In this document: one piece after another, positions 1-9,631 of the stretch
Position numbering within the stretch: position 1 is the stretch's first letter
Layout: the number at the start of each line of letters is the position of its first letter
Source of the DNA: Rubripirellula sp.
GTDB lineage: Bacteria > Planctomycetota > Planctomycetia > Pirellulales > Pirellulaceae
Direction of reading: 5' to 3'
Assembly: GCA_965216875.1 (NCBI GenBank)
Contig: OZ244207.1
Coordinates: forward strand, 2,944,001-3,008,000
DNA length: 64,000 nt
Made by a program: the position numbers and the translations under genes
The notes under the pieces: model-generated
The model's input: only the letters and a program-made list of their open reading frames with translations
Told to the model about the DNA's origin: nothing
The model's database searches: none

Positions 1-174
1 TTTAGGAAGCTTGCCCAGGAGATTTCGCCCGAATTACCGATCGTTCTGATGAGCGGCCTTCCTCGGTATCGGGAAGTCGATGACTCGACATTTCTCACCA
101 AGCCTTTTGGGTTTGAGCAGCTGACCGCAGCGATCAATTCTGCGGCGTTGAGTAGCGCCAGTACAAAGAGATAG
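1..174 (+). CDS. C-terminal part of a response-regulator receiver domain (5'-truncated by window)
   Basis: Frame 1 reads ...PELPIVLMSG...FLTKPFGFEQLTAAIN...* (receiver beta4 S/T and KP motifs); TAG at 172-174. Confidence 0.8.
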   Translation, partial: FRKLAQEISPELPIVLMSGLPRYREVDDSTFLTKPFGFEQLTAAINSAALSSASTKR

Positions 175-986
175 GTGGTCGAGGCGTCCGGTAATTTTTC
201 AACTTGCGGGCAGCCGAGATTCAAAAGTGTCCGCCCAGGCAGTCCAAGGGCACTTGTGATACCTGGACGGACGGTAAATGGGGACCGCTCAGGCAAGAAG
301 CAGTCATCCCACTGCTTGCCCAGGACAGGGTACTTAACCGGGCAAACACGCTGGTACCAAACAGCACTGTGCTTATCGACACACCCGCATGGCGGACTGT
401 TGAAGCCGTGCCGAATTCCGGTTATGCGGTCATCCGCAACTCGATTGAGAACCTTCGTTCTCAACAGCGAAAGAAGCCGCCGGTCCACTCGCGTAAATGG
501 ACCGGCGGCAAACACAACACTGATCCTACAGGGCAGTAGGGTCACCTCAGTTTGTTCGGTAATCGCACGCCACGTTCGGTATTAAGATCCAACTACATGC
601 GTGGCTTTGCGGGCGCCCGCAGATGAAGCCGAGACGCAGTCTTGCGGATTGGTTTCCGGACATGCCGTCAGTGGCCAATCGCAAACGGGGCTAGGGGCAT
701 GGACTTGAGCCCAAGCCTGCCGAGTTAGTCGCACGGTATCGTGACACGGAGTCGCGTGACCGAAAGGGCCTGCGTTCAAAGCCGTCACCCTGGTGCTGGA
801 GACTCAAATGGCGATCAGCGGAATGACCAAGAACATCATGATGACTTGCTTCGGTCCGTGAGCCGCCGTAGCGACAGAACCGGATGCTCAAACTTGACGC
901 CACAGACATACCGTCTTGCATTCCATGGGCGTGCGAAGGCGACTCAGCCGACGTGGCATATATCGACTGCATGCGGAGACAAAACC

Positions 987-1787
987 ATGCGATTCCTGGC
1001 CGCACTCCTGCTCCTACACATCATTATTCCAAACGCATGCGCGCAAGTTGCCGAGTCGACCAGAGCCGAGGAAGGAGCCAAGCTCACAAAGGAATTCGCG
1101 AAGGCGATCACCATTGAAACGCCCGAGTCTCCTCAGCTTGCTATTGAGCTGGAGGAACAGTCGCTATTGAAGTGGAGCAACCCGGTGACTGGATCACTTC
1201 ACGGTTCCGTGTATTTATGGGTGTCGAACGTCGGGCATCCAATTGCAATCGCCTCGGTGATCAAATGGTACTCGCCACGCGATCGACTCGAGGCCGAGTT
1301 TCATTCCATGATCGACGCGCCGATCGTTGGGATTCTCGATGGCGAGCAGGTTTGGAATTCCAAAAGCGCGGGTGTCGAATTTCGCACGATACCCGACGCA
1401 AGTGTTTCGACAGGATCTGAGAATCTCCGTCTGCGACAGATGAGGCGGATTGCACGTGGTTTTGATGCAACCAGAACAGATGCCAATGGCGAAGTGCGAA
1501 ATCTCCGTCGTATGCCACAACCAATCTACCGCTATCCCGAGGCAACGAGAGAGAAGCTGGATGGTGGGATTTTTGTTTTCGCACAGGGAACGAATCCAGA
1601 GGTCGTTCTCGTTGTTGAAGCCCGCACAGCGAAGACAGGTGCCGAATGGGTGTACGCGTTGGCCAGAATGAATAGCGTTGACTTGCGGGTCAGGCGACAG
1701 AACGAAGTTGTATGGGAGGCGCCAATGCTTGGATGGCGCACGATCATCGATCGCAATCAACCCTACTTAATTGTGCGGCCACGTTGA
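987..1787 (+). CDS. Secreted hypothetical protein (planctomycete type)
   Basis: ATG at 987 preceded by GGAG; signal-peptide-like N-terminus MRFLAALLLLHIIIPNACA; protein-like composition. Confidence 0.7.
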   Translation: MRFLAALLLLHIIIPNACAQVAESTRAEEGAKLTKEFAKAITIETPESPQLAIELEEQSLLKWSNPVTGSLHGSVYLWVSNVGHPIAIASVIKWYSPRDRLEAEFHSMIDAPIVGILDGEQVWNSKSAGVEFRTIPDASVSTGSENLRLRQMRRIARGFDATRTDANGEVRNLRRMPQPIYRYPEATREKLDGGIFVFAQGTNPEVVLVVEARTAKTGAEWVYALARMNSVDLRVRRQNEVVWEAPMLGWRTIIDRNQPYLIVRPR

Positions 1788-1789
1788 AC

Positions 1790-2032
1790 GACGCGCGTGA
1801 CAAGTGGGTCGGAATCGTCGTAGTCGTTAGTTGTCACCACACTCGCACAGTCAATGGTCTTGACCAGCAACCCCGCCTCGTTGCCTGTCGTGCCATACAC
1901 CTGCTTCTCGGTCGTGCCATCGTCATACAGCGTGCTGATTAGACGGTTTCGAGAGTCGTAAAAGTACTCGATCTCATCGCTATTCGGATTGGTGACCTTA
2001 TTGACGCGATCGTCCGAATCGTATGCGACAAC
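1790..2032 (-). pseudogene. Rhs/YD-repeat fragment without start codon
   Basis: Minus-strand translation VVAYDSDDRVNKVTNPNSDEIEYFYDSRNRLISTLYDDGTTEKQVYG...GLLVKTIDCASVVTTNDYDDSD, directly preceded by a stop codon. Confidence 0.75.
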
Positions 2033-2039
2033 CTATTCT

Positions 2040-2225
2040 GGTCTCGTACCAGTGCGCACAAAGGGCTTTCAGAACATGCGCGCTACTCGAGTTTCCGAAC
2101 TGCGGTCCTTTGGAATCCCAGCCAAAACGGTCTCACTCTGGCTTGGGAACTCGGTAGCAGTTGCCGATGAGCACTATCACATGGTGATGGGGCACGATTG
2201 GGAAAAAGTCACAGGGTTCGTTCCC
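2040..2225 (+). pseudogene. C-terminal remnant of a tyrosine recombinase/integrase
   Basis: FQNMRATRVSEL...VSLWLGNSVAVADEHY resembles box II plus catalytic Tyr of planctomycete phage-type integrases; N-terminal part absent; next to tRNA 3' end. Confidence 0.7.
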
Positions 2226-2373
2226 GAAAAAGTACCACCCAAACGACCACCCAGCGCGCCAGTCACTGACGCGCATCCGGGAAATCCATGCGCGACGGTT
2301 GCACGTGAGTGCGCTTCAAGTATCGAAAATGTCGAGAGTCGGCAAGAATGCGCGTCAGTGCGCGACTTTGAAG

Positions 2374-2445
2374 CTACCCCGCAAGGACTCGAACCTTGAA
2401 TGGCTGGACCAAAACCAGCTGTGTTGCCAATTACACCACGGGGTA
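2374..2445 (-). tRNA. tRNA-Gln (anticodon TTG), CCA not encoded
   Basis: TACCCCG/CGGGGTA acceptor, GCTGG-TTTTGGT-CCAGC anticodon arm, CAAGG-TTCGAGT-CCTTG T arm. Confidence 0.95.
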
Positions 2446-2653
2446 GTGTGGTTTCTGGTAGGGGGGGAGTTTAGCAAGTGTTCTCCGACTGCTAAAGAGG
2501 AGGTTTCGCAATTGCTCGAGGTTCGCCCCCAACGGCCTCGCTGGCAATTACTGGCGTGTTTTTCGGGGGTTTTTGCCACCATGAGCGTTCGAGAAACTCC
2601 TTCCGTGGAGGAAACCGCAAAAAAAGTTGCCCGTTAACAGCGTGTTACCGCCT

Positions 2654-3340
2654 CTAGCGGCGATGCTGGACGCTGAACGCAAGCAACTGAAGTTCGCTGG
2701 CCAAGTCGACATTGACCACTGCGATTCCCGAGGACAGCCGCAGGGTGGTGGGGGCAAAATTGAGGACCCCCGAGACGCCCGATGCCACCAATCGGGCGGC
2801 GACATCGGTTGCATGATCGGCTGGCACAGCGACGATCGCGAGTTCCGGTTTGATCTCGGCCAACACCCCATCCATCTCTTCGACGTCACGGACATCGACG
2901 CCGCCGATTGACGTTCCAATCCTGGCCGGGTCGTTGTCAAAGGCGACCACCAATTTGAACCCGAGTCGCTCGAAACCGCGATACCTCAACAGTGCATCGC
3001 CGAGCGACCCGACGCCGACCAAGACCACTCGCCACTGCATGCCCGATCCGAGCACTGCCCCGATGCGTTCAATCAACGTTGAAACGTCGTAGCCGACACC
3101 TCGCCGGCCAATCGTCCCGAGGGCACTGAGGTCACGACGGACGACCGCGGGAGAAACGTCGACCAAGCTTCCAAGCTCTTGGCTATTGACCGAATTGACT
3201 TCCGACTCGAGCAACCGGTGGAGTTCGCGGTAGTAGAGACTCAACCGCCCAACGGCCGGTCGTGGCAATTCGTGCGTTGATTCAACGTTTGCTGAATCTT
3301 CCGAATCGATCGGCTTGTCATCTTCGTGCGCTGAAGCCAC
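2654..3340 (-). CDS. rex: Redox-sensing transcriptional repressor Rex
   Basis: RLSLYYR...VRRDLSALG..GRRGVGYDV winged helix; VGVGSLGDAL Rossmann motif; LNFAP. Confidence 0.92.
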   Translation of the reverse strand: MASAHEDDKPIDSEDSANVESTHELPRPAVGRLSLYYRELHRLLESEVNSVNSQELGSLVDVSPAVVRRDLSALGTIGRRGVGYDVSTLIERIGAVLGSGMQWRVVLVGVGSLGDALLRYRGFERLGFKLVVAFDNDPARIGTSIGGVDVRDVEEMDGVLAEIKPELAIVAVPADHATDVAARLVASGVSGVLNFAPTTLRLSSGIAVVNVDLASELQLLAFSVQHRR

Positions 3341-3899
3341 AGCGACGCCGCCTGGGTGAGTTGGGTTGGAAAGGTGGGCCGCACGGTGCGGTGAGCGATC
3401 AGCCTACCATAACGCGACGATGGATGGGTCCCGCAGCGGTTCTCGAATGGAATCCGAGCGGCGCAAAGAGTTTCGCCAAGCCGAAGTCGGGTCGTATCGA
3501 TCATGCGATGTATGAGAATCGTCCGGGGGTATATGGTGGTTGATTCAACACAGTGTCGCGGAAAGAGAACGCAAGGTTACTACAACCGTCAGTTATCGAA
3601 CCATCCACGTGACGGGTCTGCCTAATCCTTCTCTTTTACCTTGGCGTGCACCTTTGCGTGTTCAAACATTGGTTCGTAGTCGATGTAGTCAGTGCATCGA
3701 TATCGACTTCACCAATGCGCACCTATTGCGCGACCCTTCCGTCCTCCCCTCACGCATTGCGTTGCATGAGCGATTGGAATAGCCACCGCCCGGTGGCGAT
3801 TGGTGGAGCGAGCTTGATGCAGCGTCACGAGTGCCGAAGCGCTGGTGGCGAATGCTACGTCCCGCAACACATGTGTTGTTTCCTGTGGAGAATTTGAAG

Positions 3900-5630
3900 A
3901 TGAAAAGGCTGTGGATCATGCCTGCCGTCGCGATCTGTGCGATCGTCTCGGGGGCGAACTCCGCCAGCGCCGCTTACTGTGGCGCAGTCAGCTACAACGG
4001 CTGTGGTGGATGCGAAACCGCTGCGGAAAGCACCGAAGGTGCTGTCGCTGGCGGAACTTACACCGTAATGCGCACCGTGCGTGAAACGGTATACGAAAAG
4101 GTACAAGAAACTCGTCATCGCACGCGTAACGAAGTTTACTACGTGGACAAAGAAGTCCAGGCAGTCCGAATGGTGCCTGAGACAACCACGCGTGAAGTTC
4201 AATACACCGTGATGGTTCCAAAGTACGAAACCAAAACTCGTACGATCAACTACACGGTAAACAAGCCGGTTTACGAAACTCGTACGAAGACCATCAACTA
4301 CACCGTGCGTAAGCCTGTGTACGAGACCCGTACGAAGACCATCAACTACAAAGTGATGAAGCCGGTCTACCAAACGCACGAAAAGACGATCAACTACACC
4401 GTCAAGAAGCCCGTTTGGGAAACCCGTACGAAGGAAGTTAACTACACGGTCATGAAGCCTGTGTACGAGACCAAGACTCGCACCATCAACTACAAAGTGA
4501 TGAAGCCTGTCTACGAAACCAAGACTCGTACGATCAACTACACCGTGTACAACACGGTGAAAGAGCAAAAGACTCGCACCGAGCGTTACAGCGTTTTGGT
4601 TCCTGAGACCTACACTAAGACCGTCAAGGTCAAGGGTGGTCACTGGGAAAACCGCACTGAAACGATCCCCGGCAAGACCATGCGTAAGACGGTTCGTGAG
4701 CCAGGCACATGGCGCTACGATGCCGCAACTTGCAAGTGCGTTTACTGCCCAGGCAAGTGCCGCGTTGAGTGCGTGCAATGCCCACCAAAGACTGTCTGCA
4801 AGAAAGTCTGGGTTCCTACTTGCGAAGAGAAGGAAGTCACCTGCACTCGCTATCGTCGCGAATGCCGCGAGCGTTGCGTTCCTTACACCGTCTGCCGACG
4901 CGTTCCTGAGTGCAAGACCAAAACTTGCAACTACACCGTCTGCCGTATGGTTCCAGAATGCCGCACCAAGACTTGCAACTACACCGTTTGCAAGATGGTT
5001 CCTGAGTGCCGCACCAAGACTTGCAGCTACAAAGTCTGCAAGATGGTTTGCGAAAACCGCACCAAGGTTTGCAAGTACACCACTTGCAAGATGGTTCCCG
5101 AGTGCCGCACCAAGACCTGCAACTACACCGTTTGCACTGGTTACACCTGCGAGCCACGCACCAAGACCTGCAGCTACACCGTTTGCAAAATGGTTCCTGA
5201 GTGCCGCACCAAGACCTGCAGCTACAAAGTCTGCAAAATGGTTCCTGAGTGCCGCACCAAGACTGTTTGCGAAACCAAGTGCCGCAAAGAGTGCTACACC
5301 AAGACCATCAAGGTCGCAAAGTGCCGCAAAGTTTGCGAGCCTTACACCGTCACACGATGCGTGCCTAAGGTCGTCTGCAAGCAAGTTCCAGTCCAAGTTT
5401 GCTGCCCACAACCTTGCTGCGAAAGCGGCTCGGCTTCGGGTTGCTGCAACGACTCGGCTTGTGGCGGATGCGAGCCAGCTTGCTGCCCGCAACCTTGCTG
5501 CCCAAAAGATGGTCCAGTCAAGACCATGCTGAAGCGACTGTTCAACCACAAGTGCAACAACAGCTGCTGCGATGAACCATCGTGCGGCTGCGAGCCAACT
5601 TGTGGCGCTGAGCCAACTTGCGGATGCTAA
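3900..5630 (+). CDS. Secreted Cys/Thr/Lys/Val-rich YTV-repeat protein (putative envelope protein)
   Basis: GGAG RBS, signal peptide, 16-aa YTV repeats, Cys-rich CEPxCG tail. Confidence 0.85.
   Translation: MKRLWIMPAVAICAIVSGANSASAAYCGAVSYNGCGGCETAAESTEGAVAGGTYTVMRTVRETVYEKVQETRHRTRNEVYYVDKEVQAVRMVPETTTREVQYTVMVPKYETKTRTINYTVNKPVYETRTKTINYTVRKPVYETRTKTINYKVMKPVYQTHEKTINYTVKKPVWETRTKEVNYTVMKPVYETKTRTINYKVMKPVYETKTRTINYTVYNTVKEQKTRTERYSVLVPETYTKTVKVKGGHWENRTETIPGKTMRKTVREPGTWRYDAATCKCVYCPGKCRVECVQCPPKTVCKKVWVPTCEEKEVTCTRYRRECRERCVPYTVCRRVPECKTKTCNYTVCRMVPECRTKTCNYTVCKMVPECRTKTCSYKVCKMVCENRTKVCKYTTCKMVPECRTKTCNYTVCTGYTCEPRTKTCSYTVCKMVPECRTKTCSYKVCKMVPECRTKTVCETKCRKECYTKTIKVAKCRKVCEPYTVTRCVPKVVCKQVPVQVCCPQPCCESGSASGCCNDSACGGCEPACCPQPCCPKDGPVKTMLKRLFNHKCNNSCCDEPSCGCEPTCGAEPTCGC
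4203..5270 (+). repeat. Two blocks of eight 48-bp coding tandem repeats (4203-4586 and 4884-5270)
   Basis: YTVxKPVYETRTKTIN x8 and YTVCKMVPECRTKTCN x8 (one 17-aa unit). Confidence 0.9.
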
Positions 5631-5759
5631 AAATTCTCGTGCCGACCTTGGCCGGCCATTGGATCGGCCAAGTCGAAACGAAAAGAGCTAGGAATGAGCT
5701 GAGGTGTGACGCCTGACGCAACAGGCCACACCCGCTCAGTGGACGTAGCGACTTCGATT

Positions 5760-5795
5760 CGGGGTGAGTCTCCAAGTGAGACTCGCCCCGTTTTT
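5760..5795 (+). terminator. Intrinsic terminator of the YTV gene
   Basis: CGGGGTGAGTCTC-caagt-GAGACTCGCCCCG followed by TTTTT. Confidence 0.85.
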
Positions 5796-6153
5796 CGTGC
5801 GCGATTGTCACCCTTGAAAAGGGCGATTTTGCTCACCATTGTGTCCAGACGATCCGAACGCCTAAACTTCGCGTTTTTACTGGATCGCCTGAATTTGCAA
5901 TTTGATGCAAGCTGCACGGTTTGAAGGCGGAGAATGAGCTGTATTTTCGCGTCTTTTCCTTGCCTCGGCGATTTGGATCGCTAGTTTGAATAGAGAAGGA
6001 CGGGGTATTGCCGACTCACCAATCGAGCCGTCATACGCCTTCCTGCCCACCGCCTGACGCCCCATACCAACCCAATGGTGAGACGGCCAACCCAAAGGTG
6101 GCACGTTGCACCAGCGTTGCATGGAAGCGTCAATTTTCTCTTGTCAGCTGGAA

Positions 6154-7167
6154 ATGACCACCATGACACGCCTGCAATCCGCTCTGACTCGATCTTCGGC
6201 TTTGGTCGCGTTTTCTTGCCTCGCCATCACCACGGCTTCGGCAGATTGGTCCGATCAAGCCTTCAAAAGCAAAAAGCACGACTTCGGCACGGTCGCGGTC
6301 GCTGCGAAGACGGAATACACGTTTGAGTTCACCAACCCGCTGCAGCGCGACCTTCATATCCGGTCGGTGCGCGCGAGTTGCGGATGCACCACACCGATCA
6401 TCAAAACCCAGAGTGTGGCACCGGGGCAGAAAGGCGAAATCCTGGCCCGCTTCAACACGCGAACCTTCAAAGGCAAGCGCGGCGCCACTTTGACTGTCAT
6501 CTTTGACCGACCTTACTATCACGAAGTTCGCTTGCGCGTTGATGGCTATATTCGCAGCGACATGGTGTTTCATCCGGGCTCGATCGATTTCGGCAAAGTC
6601 AATCAAGGCGATGAAGTCGAAAAGAAGACGATGCTCTACTACGCCGGTCGAAGTGACTGGAAAGTGCTCGACGTCGAAAGCAACCGCCCATGGTTGATTC
6701 CATCGTTCAAAGAAACGCTGCGTGGCAGCGGTCGAGTGGACTACGAGTTCAACGTCAAGCTTCGCGAAGACGCGCCGAAGGGGTATTTTCAAGACGCATT
6801 CGTTGTCATCACCAACGACCGCACGATGCCGCGTGTTCCGCTCAACGTAAGCGGGAGCGTCGAAAGCGAATTGAGCCTGTTCCCGCAATCGATTCCACTC
6901 GGTGGAATCAAACCTGGCGAAACGGTGCGGCAAAAGATCATCGTTCGTGGCAAGCAGCCGTTTGTGATCGAATCACTTTCATGCGAAGGATGGAACATCA
7001 TGTTCGATCCGCCAAAGGAAATGAAAAAGACCCACGTCATCTTTCCTGAGTTCACTCCCGCCGACGGGACGGTAGGCCCGCAAAAATCTCCAGTGATCAT
7101 CACGACCGCTGGCGAAAACCCTGTCTCGGCAAAAGCACTCCTTACGGCCGAAATTCGCGTTCAGTAA
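6154..7167 (+). CDS. DUF1573 (Ig-like) domain secreted protein
   Basis: Signal peptide; HDFGTV...IRSVRASCGCTTP motif; repeated IDFGxV Ig-like modules. Confidence 0.85.
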   Translation: MTTMTRLQSALTRSSALVAFSCLAITTASADWSDQAFKSKKHDFGTVAVAAKTEYTFEFTNPLQRDLHIRSVRASCGCTTPIIKTQSVAPGQKGEILARFNTRTFKGKRGATLTVIFDRPYYHEVRLRVDGYIRSDMVFHPGSIDFGKVNQGDEVEKKTMLYYAGRSDWKVLDVESNRPWLIPSFKETLRGSGRVDYEFNVKLREDAPKGYFQDAFVVITNDRTMPRVPLNVSGSVESELSLFPQSIPLGGIKPGETVRQKIIVRGKQPFVIESLSCEGWNIMFDPPKEMKKTHVIFPEFTPADGTVGPQKSPVIITTAGENPVSAKALLTAEIRVQ

Positions 7168-7259
7168 ACGGCTTTCGTTTCGAGCGATTCGGCTGCTGAC
7201 CACTGAGATTTCGGACGAGGCAACGACCAGTTGCTTGCGGCCAATTGCGGAACGCAGCT

Positions 7260-7340
7260 GTGAGCCGCGATCGCGTAAGCGGCCGGACCTTCTTCTTGTT
7301 CGTGCGGACAAGGCCCGAGGCCTCACGGCCAGCGGCTCAC
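7260..7340. repeat. REP-like doublet, GTGAGCC family
   Basis: GTGAGCCG...CGGCTCAC inverted pair. Related copies at 22140-22170, 28871-28898, 41320-41346, 45633-45660, 52189-52216, 55035-55065, 60907, 61845, 61965. Confidence 0.8.
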
Positions 7341-7356
7341 AGGCGCATCCTTCATC

Positions 7357-7719
7357 TCATGCTTGATTGAGATGCTTCTCGGATCGTTGACGTCGCAAAT
7401 AGCCGATCGTTGCCAGTTGCAGTGGCCAGAGAAAGATCTGTGACACGATGACGAGTACCAGGCCGAGGTCCCCTGCGACCAGCATGATCGCAATCAGGAC
7501 GAAAAACGCCGCTCCAACGGATTTTGCGATCAGGCTTCGTTGCGTCTCCGCAGACATACTGCCGTAGAAGATGCAGCCGATCGTCGGCAAAAGCAGGTAA
7601 CAGCCCATCAGCCAAAGGACGCCACCAAAAGAAGGTGCGTACTGGTGTGCTGCGAAGAAACCGGCGATCAGCGCGGTGATCGTCAATAGACCTCGGATCG
7701 ACATGCGTGGAACGGTCAT
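7357..7719 (-). CDS. Small membrane protein
   Basis: Planctomycete-type N-terminus PRMSIRGLLTITALIA; about 4 hydrophobic segments. Confidence 0.65.
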   Translation of the reverse strand: MTVPRMSIRGLLTITALIAGFFAAHQYAPSFGGVLWLMGCYLLLPTIGCIFYGSMSAETQRSLIAKSVGAAFFVLIAIMLVAGDLGLVLVIVSQIFLWPLQLATIGYLRRQRSEKHLNQA

Positions 7720-7723
7720 GGCA

Positions 7724-8173
7724 TCACGCCGCGCCTGAGTCGAGTTCACCGGACTTGGGTCGATACGCCAATCGACCACCCAAATACCCCATTGGCAAAT
7801 AGGCAAAGATGATGTCGACCGCGTTGAACCATTCTGGCCCGCCCAGCATCTGAGCCGCGGTGACACCGCCAGCGAGGAAGAACACACCGACAACCAAAGC
7901 AAGCTGCGGTTTGTAACTTACTGCGATCTTGGTCGTCGCGAACGCTCCCACGAGCGTGCCGAGAGCGTGTCCCAGGAATGGAAAGACAAAGTTCACCGGT
8001 TTCATCAGCGCCATGCTCTCACGGAGCGACTCCATCGACGTGACATCGGCGCCTTCGGGAAGTGGGAACACGTAGGGTCCCACGTTCACCAACAAGAGGT
8101 TGACTGCGCTTCCAATAAGGCACCCGGCGATCACAGCCAGCGCGTTTGCAACAAATGAACGAATTCCACTCAT
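7724..8173 (-). CDS. Conserved hypothetical membrane protein
   Basis: Four hydrophobic helices; HALGTLVGA and PxWF..D...AYLPM motifs; ATGA overlap with upstream gene. Confidence 0.75.
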   Translation of the reverse strand: MSGIRSFVANALAVIAGCLIGSAVNLLLVNVGPYVFPLPEGADVTSMESLRESMALMKPVNFVFPFLGHALGTLVGAFATTKIAVSYKPQLALVVGVFFLAGGVTAAQMLGGPEWFNAVDIIFAYLPMGYLGGRLAYRPKSGELDSGAA

Positions 8174-9468
8174 GACTCAGAAATACAAACGAGTTGTTCG
8201 GTGCGTCGGCCTTCACGACGGACGCCAATCCGCAAAAAGATCTCGCCGCGCGAAACCGCAGGGCTAGCGTAACAATCCTCACCAAGTCGATTCTTGGCGA
8301 TCTCTTGATAGGACTCTCCTATTGTAAAGACGAACGTGTCTCCTTTCAGGTTAGATGCATAGACGCGTCCATCGCAAACGATCGGTGAAGCACTAAAATT
8401 GCCGCCCAGTCTTTCCTTCCAAACCTCGTTGCCGTCGGCGATGTCCCAGCAATAGGCCACACCATCGTCGCTGACGCCGACCAATTGGTTGCCAACCACT
8501 ACCATCGAGGGTTCGTAAATTCTTGCGTTATCTTGCCAAATAATGCTTCCTTCGCTCGAAAGGCAAACCGTTTGGCGCTGAGGGTAGCCGCCGCTGGCAA
8601 ACAGCCGCTCGCCCGCGCAAACGATGGTGCCGCAGGTCGATTCGGCCGTGCATTCGGTCTGCCAATTCTGATCGCCGGTTGCCGGATCGTAACTTGAGAC
8701 TGAATTGCAACCGCTGATCAGGAGTTGGTCTTTTCCACCGAGTGTCGCCACCATCGGGCTGGAGTAGGAACTGTCCTCAGTGCGTTTGACGCGCCACGCG
8801 ACATCCCCGGTCTCGGCATCCAATGCCGACAGGTACCCGCCACCGCTATTGTCAGCAGCAACGATGACGAGTGATTTGTACAGAATCGGCGAAGGTGCGT
8901 ACCCAAACTTGGAAACGAATTTGCCAACCTGGCGGGTCCAAATGAGTTCGCCGTCGAGATCAAGCGCGGTGAGAAAGATCGCATCCGAGTTCAAAAACGA
9001 AATAAACAATCGCTCGCCGTTGGAGGCAACGGTCCCATTGGCGTTGGTTGCCTTTTTGTGAATCTCAGGCGGTGTGGGGAATCCGGACGAGTGCACGACA
9101 CGAGTCCATAGCGTGTCTCCGGATTCGCGATCGACCGCCAACACCACCTGCTTCTCTTCCTCTTCCAGCGCGGTCGCTACGATCACCTTTTCATCAACCA
9201 CGATGGGTGAACCGTGGCCGCGGCCGGGTAGATCAACACGCCACTTGACGTTCTCGTCGTCACTCCATGTGACCGGCAGCGTTTGACTGGGGACTTGACC
9301 ATCGCTCGTTGGCCCTCGCCATCCGGTCCAGTCTTCGGTGCCCGCGACCCAAGCGGTCTCGTCAATTTTCACGCGACTTTGTTGCACCGAGACTTCCGAG
9401 ACGGGGTTCTTTTTCCCACACCCCGCAATCAACAATGCGGTTGCCGTAACAGCCACTGCGATTCGCAC
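8170..9468 (-). CDS. PQQ-binding-like beta-propeller (BamB-like) lipoprotein
   Basis: LIAGC lipobox, DWTGWRGP, repeated SP/W propeller blades. Confidence 0.85.
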   Translation of the reverse strand: MRIAVAVTATALLIAGCGKKNPVSEVSVQQSRVKIDETAWVAGTEDWTGWRGPTSDGQVPSQTLPVTWSDDENVKWRVDLPGRGHGSPIVVDEKVIVATALEEEEKQVVLAVDRESGDTLWTRVVHSSGFPTPPEIHKKATNANGTVASNGERLFISFLNSDAIFLTALDLDGELIWTRQVGKFVSKFGYAPSPILYKSLVIVAADNSGGGYLSALDAETGDVAWRVKRTEDSSYSSPMVATLGGKDQLLISGCNSVSSYDPATGDQNWQTECTAESTCGTIVCAGERLFASGGYPQRQTVCLSSEGSIIWQDNARIYEPSMVVVGNQLVGVSDDGVAYCWDIADGNEVWKERLGGNFSASPIVCDGRVYASNLKGDTFVFTIGESYQEIAKNRLGEDCYASPAVSRGEIFLRIGVRREGRRTEQLVCISES

Positions 9469-9631
9469 GATAGACCTGCATCAAGAGACGACAAAAAAGG
9501 AACGGACTGATCCTAGCGGATCATTTTCCATAAGACTCTGCAAGAGCGCGCCCTGGAGGGCCCCATTCTGCCACTAGGCATGTTGCCGATCGACCTGTGC
9601 AACACGTCGGCAAGCGAGCGGGGAGTCACTA

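Noticed and set aside
175..986. Short ORFs and a hairpin in the island margin
   Set aside because: No recognisable motifs or RBS; may be decayed sequence but cannot be supported.
1989..2399. 136-aa ORF as an intact gene
   Set aside because: Chimeric frame: antisense Rhs sequence, then the integrase remnant, then antisense tRNA.
3341..3899. Rex operator between rex and the YTV gene
   Set aside because: No TTGTGAA-n4-TTCACAA-like palindrome seen.
3855..5549. 564-aa antisense ORF and 298-aa alternate-frame ORF over the YTV gene
   Set aside because: Shadow frames produced by the repetitive, codon-biased sense gene, which has the RBS, signal peptide and terminator.
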